Source: Candidatus Poribacteria bacterium | GTDB lineage: Bacteria; Poribacteria; WGA-4E; WGA-3G | Reading direction: 5' to 3' | Assembly: GCA_965215265.1 (NCBI GenBank) | Contig: OZ244048.1 | Location: 3,040,001-3,104,000, forward strand | Length of the DNA: 64,000 bases | In this document: one piece after another, positions 40,139-50,530 of the stretch | Layout: every line of letters begins with the position of its first letter | How positions within the stretch are numbered: position 1 is the stretch's first letter | Made by a program: the position numbers and the translations under genes | The notes under the pieces: generated by a model | Seen by the model: the letters and a program-made list of their open reading frames with translations, nothing else | Databases searched by the model: none | Told to the model about the DNA's origin: nothing

Positions 40139-40774
40139 CTACTTGGAGTAAAGTTCAATGATTAGCTGCGTTTCAAGTTCTGTTTCAATCTGCTCTACTA
40201 GGGGTGCTCCCTGTACACGTCCTTCTGCTTTATCTGTATCTATATCAAGCCATTCAGGTGCGCCGCGCTGCCGTGCGTAATCCAGGGCTTCTTGAATGGC
40301 AGCGAGATTACGGCTGCGCTCGCGTGGCGTGATAATGTCGCCGACCTGTACAATATAGGAAGGAATATTAACTCGTTTGCCATTAACCGTGAAGTGATTA
40401 TGCTTCACGAATTGGCGAGCTTGCTTGCGGGATGTTGCAAACCCGAGCCGGTAAACAACATTATCTAATCGGCGTTCAAGCAGGCTAATTAAATTTTGGC
40501 CGGTGATACCGGTTTGGCGAGCAGCTTTGAAGTAATAGTTGCGAAACTGTTTTTCGAAAATACCGTATGTCCGTTTCGCTTTCTGCTTGGCACGCAGCTG
40601 CCTTCTATAATCACCGCGTGCTCCACGACTTGGGGGTTTCTGGCCGTGCTCGCCTGGTGGGTAACTGCGGCGTTCAAAGGAACATTTGGGTCCGTAACAA
40701 CGATTTCCCTTTAGAAAAAGTTTTTCGCCCTCGCGCCGACATAATTTACAGACAGAATCTAGATATCTACTCAT
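40139..40774 (-). CDS. rpsD: 30S ribosomal protein S4 (zinc-binding type)
   Basis: CKLCRREG..C..C, LERRLDNVVYRLGFA and IELYSK. Confidence 0.98.
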   Translation of the reverse strand: MSRYLDSVCKLCRREGEKLFLKGNRCYGPKCSFERRSYPPGEHGQKPPSRGARGDYRRQLRAKQKAKRTYGIFEKQFRNYYFKAARQTGITGQNLISLLERRLDNVVYRLGFATSRKQARQFVKHNHFTVNGKRVNIPSYIVQVGDIITPRERSRNLAAIQEALDYARQRGAPEWLDIDTDKAEGRVQGAPLVEQIETELETQLIIELYSK

Positions 40775-40790
40775 TATTTTGCCTCATTCC

Positions 40791-41162
40791 TCACACGCGT
40801 CGTCTCTTAGGCGGACGACATCCATTGTGTGGGATCGGTGTCACGTCCTTCATTGAAGTAATCGCAAGTCCAGCTTGGGCGAGAGCTCGAATCGAGGACT
40901 CCCGTCCTGAACCCGGTCCTTTGACTCTAACCTCTACGCGTTTCATACCGTGCTCCATTGCCCGACGGGCACATGCCTCTGCAGTCTGTTGTGCAGCAAA
41001 CGGCGTTGACTTCCGGGAGCCCGTGAACGTCATGCCTGCATTTGCCCAGGCAATCGTATTTCCGTTTAAGTCGGTGATAGTTATAATTGTGTTATTGAAG
41101 GTAGCCTGAATATGGGCGATGCCTTCAGGAACGTTTTTCCGTTCTCTTCTTCTTCCGCGCAA
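40791..41162 (-). CDS. rpsK: 30S ribosomal protein S11
   Basis: [17 protein letters not shown] and [12 protein letters not shown]; TTG start. Confidence 0.98.
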   Translation of the reverse strand: MRGRRRERKNVPEGIAHIQATFNNTIITITDLNGNTIAWANAGMTFTGSRKSTPFAAQQTAEACARRAMEHGMKRVEVRVKGPGSGRESSIRALAQAGLAITSMKDVTPIPHNGCRPPKRRRV

Positions 41163-41278
41163 AACAGTTCTCCTTTTACTTATTTGCGTCTGCGAACGGC
41201 CGGGGCCTGGGTCAGCCGGGTTGGTTCAAGGCGGGTTGAATACGCCTTGAACTAACCCTGGGTAGTTGCTAACCTAAA

Positions 41279-41674
41279 CTAACCGCCCTTGCGTGCCGCC
41301 TCTTTGGCTTTTCTACCGACGGAAATAGTCCGTGCCTTGCCTTTACGAGTTCGAGCGTTAGTATTAGTACGCTGGCCTCGAACAGGTAGCTGCCGGCGAT
41401 GCCGTAGACCTCGATAACTGTTGATATCCATCAGTCGTTTTATGTTCTGGTCTACTTCGCGGCGCAAGTCACCCTCAACCTTATGCTCCTGGGTAATCTT
41501 GTTCCGGAGTTGGTTAATCTCGTTTTCCGCGAGGTTGTCAACCTTTTTCGCTGGATGGATTTCAAGGGAGGTCACGATTTGCTTTGCCGCGTAACGACCT
41601 ATGCCGTAAATGGCGGTGAGCGCAATATCTACGCGTTTATCGCGCGGTAAATCAACACCTGCAATCCTTGCCAT
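41279..41674 (-). CDS. rpsM: 30S ribosomal protein S13
   Basis: [10 protein letters not shown] and [15 protein letters not shown]. Confidence 0.98.
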   Translation of the reverse strand: MARIAGVDLPRDKRVDIALTAIYGIGRYAAKQIVTSLEIHPAKKVDNLAENEINQLRNKITQEHKVEGDLRREVDQNIKRLMDINSYRGLRHRRQLPVRGQRTNTNARTRKGKARTISVGRKAKEAARKGG

Positions 41675-41701
41675 GGTTTTCCTCCTTCAGTTTAAATAGG
41701 A

Positions 41702-41818
41702 TTAACCCTGACGTTGTTTGTGCCTGGGGTTTGATGGACAAATTACGCGGATAATCCGTTTTCGCTTAATGATTTTACATTGGTTACACATTTTTTTTAC
41801 AGACGGTCGAACTTTCAT
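41702..41818 (-). CDS. rpmJ: 50S ribosomal protein L36 (zinc type; absent from the ORF track)
   Basis: Manual translation [38 protein letters not shown]. Confidence 0.97.
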   Translation of the reverse strand: MKVRPSVKKMCNQCKIIKRKRIIRVICPSNPRHKQRQG

Positions 41819-41852
41819 GGTTTCCCCTTCAGGCAGGCAATAGCACCTGCAT

Positions 41853-43187
41853 TTAGCGCCGGCGGCCCTTGAGGCGCCGATCTTTTAGGAATCCTTCATA
41901 GTGACGCATTGTTAAGTAAGATTCAATTTGGGACATCGTATCCAACACCACGCCGACAACGATTAGAACCGAGGCACCTTCAACCATATTGCCGATGCCC
42001 AGGCGCGTTGTTATAATGATAGGAATTACGGAAATCGCAGCGAGGAATAACGCCCCAGGAAGCGTAATGCGTGTGAGCGTCGTGTTGATGTAATCTGCAG
42101 TCTGTTTTCCAGGGCGAATGCCGGGGATAAAACCCCCGTATTTCTGCAAGTTCTCTGCCATTTCGATTGGGTTGATTTGCACCGCTGTGTAAAAATAGGT
42201 AAACCCAATAATCAGCAGGGCGTAAACTATAAGATATAACGGTGCCCCAGGATCTATGAGTGCCCTTGCCCCGAGTACCCAACCCCAATCGCTGGGCAGA
42301 AAATTAAGGACAGTTGGCGGAAATTGAATCAACGTCACTGCAAAAATAATTGGAATCATTCCGGCTGCGTTAACGCGCAGCGGGAGGTGGGTCGTTTGCC
42401 CACCGAACACTCTCCGGCCACGAATCTGCCGTCCGTACTGAACCGGAATTTTTCGCACCGAAAGTGTAATGAATACAGTGCCCATAACCGCGATAACAAC
42501 TAACGCTATTAAGATAACAAGGCCTGGGAGTTTGAAACTGCTGCTTTCATTAAACAAATTGGTGAAGACAGTAGCAATGCCGCCCGGTAAACCTGCGATA
42601 ATTCCAACGGTAATAATCAATGAGATACCTTGCCCGATACCGCGCTCCGTTATCTGCTCTCCAAGCCACATCACAAAGGATGTGCCCGCTGTCAGGGTTA
42701 AGACAACAAGGAAATGCCACCAGAGCGTCGGATTCATAACTACCTGGCCCTGTTGGCCGGTAATGGATTCCGGATTCCGCAACACAATGCTGATCGTTAT
42801 ACCTTGAATGATACTCAGGATAACTGTTCCGTAGCGGGTGTACTGCGTAATCTTCTTTCTACCATCGGGCTCCTTGGAGAGTTTCTCTAAGGATGGCACA
42901 ATAACAGCGAGGAGCTGCATAATGATTGAGGCGCTAATATACGGCTGGATGCCCAGTGCGAAAATAGTCATCTGGCTGAATGCCCCGCCGGAGAACAGAT
43001 CTATAAATCCGATAACATTTCCGCCGCGCTCCATCAGCTGCTTAAAAAATGCTTCCAATGCCTGGTCATCAATACCGGGGAGTGTAATATGAGCACCGAG
43101 TCGGTAAATAATCAAGAACAACGCTGTAAAGATAATACGATTCCGCAATTCCGGGATTTTAAAAGCGTTTTGAAATGCCTTAATCAC
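41853..43187 (-). CDS. secY: Preprotein translocase subunit SecY
   Basis: [31 protein letters not shown] and FIPGIRPG. Confidence 0.98.
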   Translation of the reverse strand: MIKAFQNAFKIPELRNRIIFTALFLIIYRLGAHITLPGIDDQALEAFFKQLMERGGNVIGFIDLFSGGAFSQMTIFALGIQPYISASIIMQLLAVIVPSLEKLSKEPDGRKKITQYTRYGTVILSIIQGITISIVLRNPESITGQQGQVVMNPTLWWHFLVVLTLTAGTSFVMWLGEQITERGIGQGISLIITVGIIAGLPGGIATVFTNLFNESSSFKLPGLVILIALVVIAVMGTVFITLSVRKIPVQYGRQIRGRRVFGGQTTHLPLRVNAAGMIPIIFAVTLIQFPPTVLNFLPSDWGWVLGARALIDPGAPLYLIVYALLIIGFTYFYTAVQINPIEMAENLQKYGGFIPGIRPGKQTADYINTTLTRITLPGALFLAAISVIPIIITTRLGIGNMVEGASVLIVVGVVLDTMSQIESYLTMRHYEGFLKDRRLKGRRR

Positions 43188-43634
43188 TTAGATCTCCTCA
43201 ATTGTCCCGCCTTTAGCCTCAATTTTCTCAATCGCTGTTTTTGAGAAACGATGCGCTTGAACTTTCAGTCGTTTCTCAAGTTCCCCATCGCCCAATATCT
43301 TTATCTGCGCATTTTTCCGTTTCACGAGCCCGGCTTGACGGAGCAATTCGGGGCTCACAACAACCTCATCATCAAACAGATTGAGCGTTTGTACATTGAT
43401 AATATCGTACTCAAATCGTTTGTGGGCGATTCTTCTTGGACCTCGTTTAGGGAGCCGTCGTACGAGCGGCATCTGTCCCCCTTCAAACCATGCCGGAATA
43501 GAACCACCTGCGCGAGATTTTTGGCCTTTATGCCCGCGCCCACAAGTACCACCCCAGCCGGAGGCATTTCCCCGACCAACGCGTTTTCTGGCGCGGGTTG
43601 CTCCGGGTGCCGGCTTGAGTTCATTCAATTTCAT
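43188..43634 (-). CDS. rplO: 50S ribosomal protein L15
   Basis: RVGRG..SG.G.T.GRGHKGQKSR and FEGGQMPL.RRLPK. Confidence 0.98.
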   Translation of the reverse strand: MKLNELKPAPGATRARKRVGRGNASGWGGTCGRGHKGQKSRAGGSIPAWFEGGQMPLVRRLPKRGPRRIAHKRFEYDIINVQTLNLFDDEVVVSPELLRQAGLVKRKNAQIKILGDGELEKRLKVQAHRFSKTAIEKIEAKGGTIEEI

Positions 43635-43767
43635 CAGGATTCACCTCCATTCGCATCGCAACAAGCATTACACAAAAACATTATGGCTCCTGACACAATG
43701 TGCTCGCTGCACGGGTGTGTTGTTAGTAACAGAAGGACATCTGTGTTTGTAAGATGACTTCCCGCTA

Positions 43768-44289
43768 TCAAAAACCTAAATCTTTATCGAGTAATTCTTC
43801 AACAGTCTTTCCCCGTAAGCGTGCTACTTCGTTAATATCCTTAAGGCTTTTCAAACCGAGCATTGTAGCTTCAGCAATGTTTTTCACATTTCGAGAGGAA
43901 AGACACTTCGTTAGTGCATCCCGAACCCCTGCAAATTCGAGGATTGCGCGCGTAGCGTGTCCTGCGATGATGCCGGTTCCAGGGCTAGCAGGTTTCATCA
44001 AAACTTTAGCAGATTTGAATTCGCTGATGATTTCGTGCGGGAGTGTCCCTTCAACAAGTGGGACCCGAATCAGATTTTTGCGTGCGTCAGCAAGGCTTTT
44101 GCGGATAGCTCCAGCAACTTCACTCGCGCTGCCAAATCCGATCCCAACGATGCCATCCCGATTCCCTACAACAGAGAGCGTGTTAAAACTGGGGGTCCGT
44201 CGACCTTTTCCAACACGCATCACACGGTTAATCGCAATCGGATGCTCATCAAATTCAAAGTCATCAGGGTTAATCTTATCTTTCAGCAA
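43768..44289 (-). CDS. rpsE: 30S ribosomal protein S5
   Basis: INRV..V.KG.R, PA.PGTGIIAG, and position in the spc operon. Confidence 0.96.
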   Translation of the reverse strand: MLKDKINPDDFEFDEHPIAINRVMRVGKGRRTPSFNTLSVVGNRDGIVGIGFGSASEVAGAIRKSLADARKNLIRVPLVEGTLPHEIISEFKSAKVLMKPASPGTGIIAGHATRAILEFAGVRDALTKCLSSRNVKNIAEATMLGLKSLKDINEVARLRGKTVEELLDKDLGF

Positions 44290-44419
44290 AAAAAGCTCCT
44301 ATACCAGTGACAGAGCCTGGTTTTTTTCTAAAGGCACAGCACGCTTCGGAGTTCTCTATCTTGGCCACCTGCCAATTTGAGAGATAAAACCGAGCAAGCG
44401 TGCTATTCATGCGGGGCGG

Positions 44420-44788
44420 TTAGAACTTAAGGCCTTCCTCTCTTGCGGCTTGAGCGAGAGCTTTTATGCGCCCGTGGTAGAGATGTCCGCCCCGGTCAAA
44501 CACAACTACCTCAATCTGTTTCTGTTTCGCTTTCTGTGCAATCAGGGCTCCGACACTTTGTGCTGCGGCAATATTGCCGCCGTTTGAAAACGTGCCCTTC
44601 AACTCAGGCGATAAAGTGGAGGCTTCAACGAGCGTTTCCCCACGTTCATCATTAATGATTTGCGCATAGATATGTTTGAGGCTCCGAAAAACGGAGAGGC
44701 GAGGCTGTTCGCTGCTACCGCTAATCTTTCGGCGGACCCGTCTCCGGCGCCTTTCTTGACTCCTGCGCTTCTTTTTGATATACACCAA
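44420..44788 (-). CDS. rplR: 50S ribosomal protein L18
   Basis: [14 protein letters not shown] and VFDRGG..YHGRI. Confidence 0.97.
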   Translation of the reverse strand: MVYIKKKRRSQERRRRRVRRKISGSSEQPRLSVFRSLKHIYAQIINDERGETLVEASTLSPELKGTFSNGGNIAAAQSVGALIAQKAKQKQIEVVVFDRGGHLYHGRIKALAQAAREEGLKF

Positions 44789-44840
44789 GGGTCTCCTTCT
44801 TACCCGAGCGATTTTTTTAATCGCTCACGACACTGTAGTT

Positions 44841-45407
44841 CTACGTTGAGGTTTTCCCTTCTTTATCTCGGACGCGCTCACCATCGTAACGAATGCCTTT
44901 ACAAGGTTTATAAACATCAGGTTTCCTAATTTGTCTAATAGAGGCGGCAACCTGTCCTACCAGTTGCTTATCAATACCACTTACAATAATAGGCGTGTGC
45001 GCCTGCCCGTCTATCATCTCAGATGATTCAACTGCGAGCGTTATCCCCTCTGGTGGTGAATAAGACACAGAATGGGAGTAGCCAACATCAAGAACAAGGT
45101 CATTCTGTCGATTAATTTCCGCCCGGTAACCTGTACCAACCACTCTGAGTTTTTTTTCAAAGCCATCGGAAACCCCAGTAACCATGTTTTCAATCAGGCT
45201 TCGTGCTAATCCGTGCAAGGCTTTGTATTGTTTCAGTTCACTTGCCCGTTGGACGGTTAGGACGTTTTCCTGCAGTGTCACATCAATTCCATTGGGTAGC
45301 TGCCAATTGAGGCTGCCTTTAGGTCCTTCAACCTGGATGTCGTTATTGTTTAGCGCGACTTTAACTTTTCCGGGAATCGAAATCGGCTTTTGCCCTATGC
45401 GTGACAT
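44841..45407 (-). CDS. rplF: 50S ribosomal protein L6
   Basis: MSRIG..PI, GPKG.L and GIDKQLVGQVAA; ATG at 45407. Confidence 0.97.
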   Translation of the reverse strand: MSRIGQKPISIPGKVKVALNNNDIQVEGPKGSLNWQLPNGIDVTLQENVLTVQRASELKQYKALHGLARSLIENMVTGVSDGFEKKLRVVGTGYRAEINRQNDLVLDVGYSHSVSYSPPEGITLAVESSEMIDGQAHTPIIVSGIDKQLVGQVAASIRQIRKPDVYKPCKGIRYDGERVRDKEGKTST

Positions 45408-45454
45408 GTTAATTCTCCTCATCAAGGAAACACTTCGAAAAAAAACGGAAGATA

Positions 45455-45856
45455 TTACCAGACATAGCACAAGACTTCGCCGCCGACTTTCGCCCTTCGA
45501 CATTGCGATGTGGTTTTTAGTCCTTGTGATGTTGACAAAATTGCCGTACCGAGGTCGCCGTATACTCGTGGCAAATCATCAACTTTGACGTAGACGCGTC
45601 TGCCGGGTTTGCTAATACGTTTGAGGTTCGTTATAACCTTCTCTTTCTTCGTGTTTCCATACTTCAAGTATATTCTTAAAATCCCCTGCTTGCCCTCTTC
45701 AAGCAAGCGATAGTTCCGGACAAAACCCTCTTCAGCCAGGATACGGGCAATCTCCATTTTAATTTTAGAGGCCGGGATTTCAACGCGTTCATGCCCTGCC
45801 ATATTGGCGTTGCGGATACGTGTTAACATATCTGCAATCGGATCGGTCATTGACAT
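45455..45856 (-). CDS. rpsH: 30S ribosomal protein S8
   Basis: [21 protein letters not shown] and GGEVLCYVW. Confidence 0.98.
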   Translation of the reverse strand: MSMTDPIADMLTRIRNANMAGHERVEIPASKIKMEIARILAEEGFVRNYRLLEEGKQGILRIYLKYGNTKKEKVITNLKRISKPGRRVYVKVDDLPRVYGDLGTAILSTSQGLKTTSQCRRAKVGGEVLCYVW

Positions 45857-45948
45857 GAAAGATTCTCCTTATTTCGTTTTTTTATAGGGCTGTTTCTGTT
45901 GCAGGACAGTAATTTTTTTATTGTCCTTTCTTTGTCTGCAATAGAGTC

Positions 45949-46021
45949 CCCAGTGGGTGGCAGGTAAAAGGTAATCCCATCTCTCCTGAAAGGAGAGACA
46001 AAGAATACCTATCCTGCCACT
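45949..46021. repeat. REP-like palindromic element, copy 2 (rpsN-rpsH spacer)
   Basis: cccagtgggtggcaggtaaaaggtaatcccatctctcctgaaaggagagacaaagaatacctatcctgccact. Confidence 0.9.
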
Positions 46022-46045
46022 TTTTTCAGCCACTACACAATCTCT

Positions 46046-46231
46046 CTACCAGCTCGCCTTTCGTACGCCGGGAATCTTTCCGGCGCGTGCGAACAAGCGA
46101 AAACAGATACGACACATTTCAAACTTCCGCAAGTATCCACGGGCTCTTCCGCAATTTTTACAACGGCTGTATTTTCGCGTTCGGAACCGCGGCTCTTTTT
46201 GATTTCTTGCAATCCAGGATTTACTTGCCAA
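46046..46231 (-). CDS. rpsN: 30S ribosomal protein S14 type Z (61 aa)
   Basis: RCKNCGR..CRICFR and IPGVRKASW; TTG start after AAGGAG. Confidence 0.96.
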   Translation of the reverse strand: MASKSWIARNQKEPRFRTRKYSRCKNCGRARGYLRKFEMCRICFRLFARAGKIPGVRKASW

Positions 46232-46250
46232 TTGGGATTCTCCTTTTATT

Positions 46251-46793
46251 TTAACGTCGAAATGGCATTCCCAGCAATCGTAACAATTCGCGTGCTTCCT
46301 CGTCAGTTGGAGCGGTTGTAACAACGGTTACATTGAGTCCACGGATGTCATCAACCCTATCGTAATCAATTTCCGGGAAGATTAATTGTTCGGTTAATCC
46401 TAATGAATAGTTTCCTCTACCATCAAAAGCGTCTGGTGAGACACCGCGGAAGTCCCGTATCTGCGGGAGGACGACATTAACAAGTCTGTTGAAAAATTCA
46501 TACATCCGTTGCTGTCTGAGCGTCACCTTACATCCGATTGCCATTCCGGCTCTCACTTTAAAAGCAGAGACGGATTTTTTGGCGTAAGTGATAATCGCAC
46601 GTTGTCCTGCGATGAGGGTTAATTCTTCCACAGCATCCTCTAAGGCTTTAGGGTTCTGAATAGCTTCGCCGACCCCAATATTCAACGTAATCTTATCCAA
46701 CTTCGGAATTTGCGCGACGTTTTTGTAATCAAAGTGCTTTTGAAGTGCAGGAATCACTTCCGTCTGATAAAATACTTTAAATGGGCTCATCAA
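46251..46793 (-). CDS. rplE: 50S ribosomal protein L5
   Basis: [18 protein letters not shown] and FDGRGNY.LG. Confidence 0.98.
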   Translation of the reverse strand: MMSPFKVFYQTEVIPALQKHFDYKNVAQIPKLDKITLNIGVGEAIQNPKALEDAVEELTLIAGQRAIITYAKKSVSAFKVRAGMAIGCKVTLRQQRMYEFFNRLVNVVLPQIRDFRGVSPDAFDGRGNYSLGLTEQLIFPEIDYDRVDDIRGLNVTVVTTAPTDEEARELLRLLGMPFRR

Positions 46794-46828
46794 TCTTGTA
46801 TCCTATAAGTTGCTACGCACCCAACTTC

Positions 46829-46901
46829 AGTGGCAGGATAGGTATTCTTTGTCTCTCCTTTCAGGAGAGATGGGATTACCTTTTACCTGCCACCCACTGG
46901 G
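46829..46901. repeat. REP-like palindromic element, copy 3 (rplX-rplE spacer); exact reverse complement of copy 2
   Basis: agtggcaggataggtattctttgtctctcctttcaggagagatgggattaccttttacctgccacccactggg. Confidence 0.9.
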
Positions 46902-46939
46902 CGGGGGCCGGGCGTTCAGTGAAGGAACCGCTTCTGTCT

Positions 46940-47176
46940 CTATGAGTCTTCAACACGTTTGAGATTAGAAACATGAATGGTGCCTTCGCGTTCAACAACT
47001 CCGCCCTGCCCCATTTGATTTGGGCGTAGATGGCGTGTAATCATGTGAATCCCTTCTACAATAGCGCGATTTTTTTTCGGGAACACTTCTAAAACCACGC
47101 CCTGTTTACCCCGATCTTGGCCGCTGAGGACCAACACCACATCATCTTTCTTGATATGCAGATTTCTCTTTGCCAC
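46940..47176 (-). CDS. rplX: 50S ribosomal protein L24 (short, 78 aa)
   Basis: KOW motif IKK.D.V.VLSG.DRGK.G and E..IHVSN. Confidence 0.95.
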   Translation of the reverse strand: MAKRNLHIKKDDVVLVLSGQDRGKQGVVLEVFPKKNRAIVEGIHMITRHLRPNQMGQGGVVEREGTIHVSNLKRVEDS

Positions 47177-47186
47177 GATTAACCTC

Positions 47187-47555
47187 CTAAATCACCTCAG
47201 GTGCAAGCGAAACAATGCGTGTGAATGCCTTTTCTCTGAGTTCACGAGCCACAGGTCCGAATATACGGGTGCCGCGGGGTTGATTCTGCGGGTCTATGAG
47301 TACTGCAGCGTTCTGATCGAACTTAATATAAGAACCGTCTGCCCGTCGATATTCTTTGGCAGTGCGTACAACGACAGCCCGGACAACCTCGCCGGCTTTC
47401 ACCTGCGTATTAGGCGCTGCTTCTTTGATGCTTGCTACAATCACGTCACCGACGCGGGCATAGTGCCGGCGCGTACCACCTAATACACTAATGCACATGA
47501 GTTTCCGCGCGCCGGTATTATCTGCGCAGGTTAATCGAGTGTATGATTGAACCAT
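47187..47555 (-). CDS. rplN: 50S ribosomal protein L14
   Basis: [18 protein letters not shown] and SLAPEV. Confidence 0.98.
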   Translation of the reverse strand: MVQSYTRLTCADNTGARKLMCISVLGGTRRHYARVGDVIVASIKEAAPNTQVKAGEVVRAVVVRTAKEYRRADGSYIKFDQNAAVLIDPQNQPRGTRIFGPVARELREKAFTRIVSLAPEVI

Positions 47556-47676
47556 TTTTTTCTATCCTCGCCAGCAACCCAGAGCCGCCGGACCCCGCCG
47601 TTTCAAATCAAACAAGGGAAATCCGATCAGTTTCATCAGGCGCATTAGAGTGGAAAAGCGAGTCCTTCCTTACCTA

Positions 47677-47952
47677 TTAATCGTTTGCAGGTTGCACTGC
47701 GCTGATAACCGCTTGAACCCGCCACCTTTTCTGACGGCTCAACGGCCGGGTTTCAATCACCTGGACCACGTCGCCGACGTTACAATTATTCTGTTCATCG
47801 TGAGCTAGAATTTTCTTTGTTTTCCGGACCACCTTTTTATAAAGCGGATGTTGATACCGCCGGACAAGTGCCACTGCAACAGTTTTATCCATACTATTGC
47901 TGGTCACAAAGCCTGTCCGGACTTTGCGATGTCCTCGCTTTTGATTGCTCAA
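47677..47952 (-). CDS. rpsQ: 30S ribosomal protein S17
   Basis: MDKTV.V, HPLYKK, AHDE.N and ETRPLS..KRW; start at 47952 (TTG) or 47988. Confidence 0.95.
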   Translation of the reverse strand: MSNQKRGHRKVRTGFVTSNSMDKTVAVALVRRYQHPLYKKVVRKTKKILAHDEQNNCNVGDVVQVIETRPLSRQKRWRVQAVISAVQPAND

Positions 47953-48016
47953 TTTTAGTCTCCCGGCTCTTCCAAGAGCCATTAGCATAGTTTCGATGCT
48001 TAAGCACTCCTATTGG

Positions 48017-48217
48017 CTATTCTGAAGCGTTCTCAGCACGGGCCCGCAAAACAGTTTTCACACGCGCGATATCCTTCCGAATCTTGCCAACGTGTGTTGT
48101 ATCTTCCAATTGCCCTAAGATACTTCGGAACCGTTGGTTAAACAGAGTCTCTTTGAGTTCTGCCAATTCACCCTCCAATTCCTCCGTTGTCTTGCTTCGT
48201 AACTCAGCTGCTTTCAT
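48017..48217 (-). CDS. rpmC: 50S ribosomal protein L29
   Basis: MKA.ELR, LFN.RF and RKDIARVKT. Confidence 0.96.
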   Translation of the reverse strand: MKAAELRSKTTEELEGELAELKETLFNQRFRSILGQLEDTTHVGKIRKDIARVKTVLRARAENASE

Positions 48218-48274
48218 CTCTTATACCTCCTTGCGCGTCGAGAATTCTAGGCCAGATTGCTGCTGTATGTGCAA

Positions 48275-48688
48275 TTACGCATCACGTGCAACGAATTTGG
48301 TTTTAATTGGCAATTTATGGGCGGCCCGTTCCATCGCCCCTTTTGCATCTTCAAGCGAAACCCCGCTTAATTCATACAGAATTCTACCTGGTTTGACGAC
48401 AGCAACCCAGTACTCAGGTGGGCCTTTTTTACCACTACCCATGCGCATTTCAGCAGGTTTCTTGCTGACGGGTTTATGCGGGAAAATTTTAATCCAAACC
48501 TTTCCGCCGCGCCGCACATATCGGGTAATAGCTATTCGCGCGGATTCAATTTGGTTGCTTGTTATCCAGCCAGCTTCCATCGCTTGCAGGCCGTACTCAC
48601 CGAAGTTGATTTTTGAACCCCGAATCGGCTTTCCACGGCGTTTTCCACGGTGCACGTTGCGGTGCATCACACGTTTCGGCATTAACAT
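48275..48688 (-). CDS. rplP: 50S ribosomal protein L16
   Basis: [19 protein letters not shown] and AAHKLP. Confidence 0.98.
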   Translation of the reverse strand: MLMPKRVMHRNVHRGKRRGKPIRGSKINFGEYGLQAMEAGWITSNQIESARIAITRYVRRGGKVWIKIFPHKPVSKKPAEMRMGSGKKGPPEYWVAVVKPGRILYELSGVSLEDAKGAMERAAHKLPIKTKFVARDA

Positions 48689-48736
48689 ATTGAATCTCCT
48701 ATAAATCTAGCACTCTTCCATATCTGGTCGACACGC

Positions 48737-49549
48737 CTACTCTCTATTTCGAGAATGGCCTCCGCCACGGCGTTGTCGCCTGGGGCCCCTAGCGCGTCGA
48801 GGTCCACGTTGTTGCTGTGGACGTTGATTTTGAGCGCGTTGTCGACCAGACTGCCGGAATCCGGAATCTGCGCGTCGCCCTGGTTGCTGACTGGAAGGAG
48901 CCGAGCCCATTAATTTTTCAGGGACACCAATAATTTCACCTTTGAAAATCCAGGTTTTGACTCCAATTTTGCCGTAGGTTGTATTTGCCTCGGCGAATCC
49001 ATAATCAACGTCTGCTCTGAGTGTATGAAGTGGGACGCGCCCTTCAATACTGGATTCCGTGCGAGCAATCTCATGTCCATCGAGTCGTCCGCTCACCATG
49101 ATTTTCACACCTAATGCGCCTTCTTGGACCGAAGCCGAAATATTCCGGCGCATAACCTGCTTAAAGCGTGCTCGACGTTCCAGCTGCGTTGCTACAGTTT
49201 CAGCAACGAGCTGTGCATCTAACTCTGGTTTTTTTATTTCGGAGACATTAATGCGTACAGGATGCCCGACATATCTTTCTAATTCAGCCTGTAACTTTTC
49301 GGCCTCTGCCCCGCGGCGTCCAATTACAATACCGGGGCGTGCTGTGTGGATATTAATACTGCAACGGTCAGCGACGCGTTCAACTTCAATTCGCGAAACA
49401 CCTGCACGGGCTAACTGTTTTTTGACAAACTCCTGAATCTGAAAGTCTTCATGGAGCCATCGTGCGTAATCCTGCTCACTGTACCACTTTGAATCCCACG
49501 TCTCAATGATTCCTAAGCGCAATCCACGCGGGTGAGTTTTTTGTCCCAT
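48737..49549 (-). CDS. rpsC: 30S ribosomal protein S3 with an Arg/Gln-rich C-terminal tail
   Basis: [19 protein letters not shown] and [11 protein letters not shown]. Confidence 0.98.
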   Translation of the reverse strand: MGQKTHPRGLRLGIIETWDSKWYSEQDYARWLHEDFQIQEFVKKQLARAGVSRIEVERVADRCSINIHTARPGIVIGRRGAEAEKLQAELERYVGHPVRINVSEIKKPELDAQLVAETVATQLERRARFKQVMRRNISASVQEGALGVKIMVSGRLDGHEIARTESSIEGRVPLHTLRADVDYGFAEANTTYGKIGVKTWIFKGEIIGVPEKLMGSAPSSQQPGRRADSGFRQSGRQRAQNQRPQQQRGPRRARGPRRQRRGGGHSRNRE

Positions 49550-49643
49550 GCAACCCTCCTCTTAGACTGTCTCCCTTTCGCGAATTCGGAGGCCATGTAG
49601 TTGAACCGTACACGATGCATGTGTACGTGAAGTTGCTATCACG

Positions 49644-49997
49644 TTACTCATCATCTTCAACACTCTCCTCATCCACAACAACGGTGATATGGCTATGCCG
49701 TTTTAAAATACGGTTCGCCATACCTCGTGCCCGGGGACGTATCCATTTCCGCGTAATCCCTTCATCCACGTGAATCTCTTTTACATATAAATCTGCAATA
49801 TCAATGTTCGGATCTTGGTACTGTGCATTGGCAGCAGCAGACTGAATCAACTTGTAAATCACGGGTGACGCGGCTTTATGAGTAAAACGTAATTGATTTA
49901 ACGCGTCCTCAACATATTCATTTCGGATAAGATCGGCAACTAAACGGGCTTTCCGTGGGGCTACCGATGCATTCCGAATTTTGGCTCTAGCTTCCAT
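49644..49997 (-). CDS. rplV: 50S ribosomal protein L22
   Basis: PRKARLVADLIR, SAAANA, PRARG and SHITVVV; ATG at 49997. Confidence 0.97.
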   Translation of the reverse strand: MEARAKIRNASVAPRKARLVADLIRNEYVEDALNQLRFTHKAASPVIYKLIQSAAANAQYQDPNIDIADLYVKEIHVDEGITRKWIRPRARGMANRILKRHSHITVVVDEESVEDDE

Positions 49998-50175
49998 CAG
50001 GATTCTCCTAATTTTTCGTATTGTGTACCGGACTGGAACACCGTCGCTCGTTAGCTGGCGACTGCACATTCAAACGCCGGATGTTCAAGTTCGCGGAAAC
50101 TTCTGTGTCAAATGTCAACAAGAAGCGCCTAATGATGGAATTAAGGCAAAACTTATCATGATGAGCCATACGAAA

Positions 50176-50445
50176 TTACCTTCTTGAACCTCCTGCATGA
50201 GAACGGAAGGTCCGAGTTGGCGCGAATTCGCCGAGTTTATGCCCTACCATGTTCTCGGTTATGTAGACAGGGAAAAACTTTTTCCCGTTGTAAATCGCCA
50301 AGGTGTGCCCAACCAATTCTGGCGTAACAGTTGAACGTCGGGACCAGGTTCGGATAACCCGTTTAGTACCGGATAGGTCCATAGCGGCTATCTTTTTTGC
50401 GAGTTTTGAATCTAGGTAAGGTCCTTTTTTAATAGAACGCGGCAT
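50176..50445 (-). CDS. rpsS: 30S ribosomal protein S19
   Basis: RS.KKGP, TWSRRST and [13 protein letters not shown]. Confidence 0.98.
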   Translation of the reverse strand: MPRSIKKGPYLDSKLAKKIAAMDLSGTKRVIRTWSRRSTVTPELVGHTLAIYNGKKFFPVYITENMVGHKLGEFAPTRTFRSHAGGSRR

Positions 50446-50457
50446 TTCGCTTCTCCT

Positions 50458-50530
50458 CCCAGTGGGTGGCAGGTAAAAGGTATTCCCATCTCTCCAGAAA
50501 GGAGAGACAAAGAATACCTATCCTGCCACT
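50458..50530. repeat. REP-like palindromic element, copy 4 (fills the rplB-rpsS spacer)
   Basis: Two substitutions relative to copy 2; overlaps the rplB TAG and abuts the rpsS RBS. Confidence 0.9.

Noticed and set aside
39883-40161. Small ORFs in the rpsD-rpoA spacer
   Set aside because: They run through the palindromic repeat and have no RBS or recognisable homology
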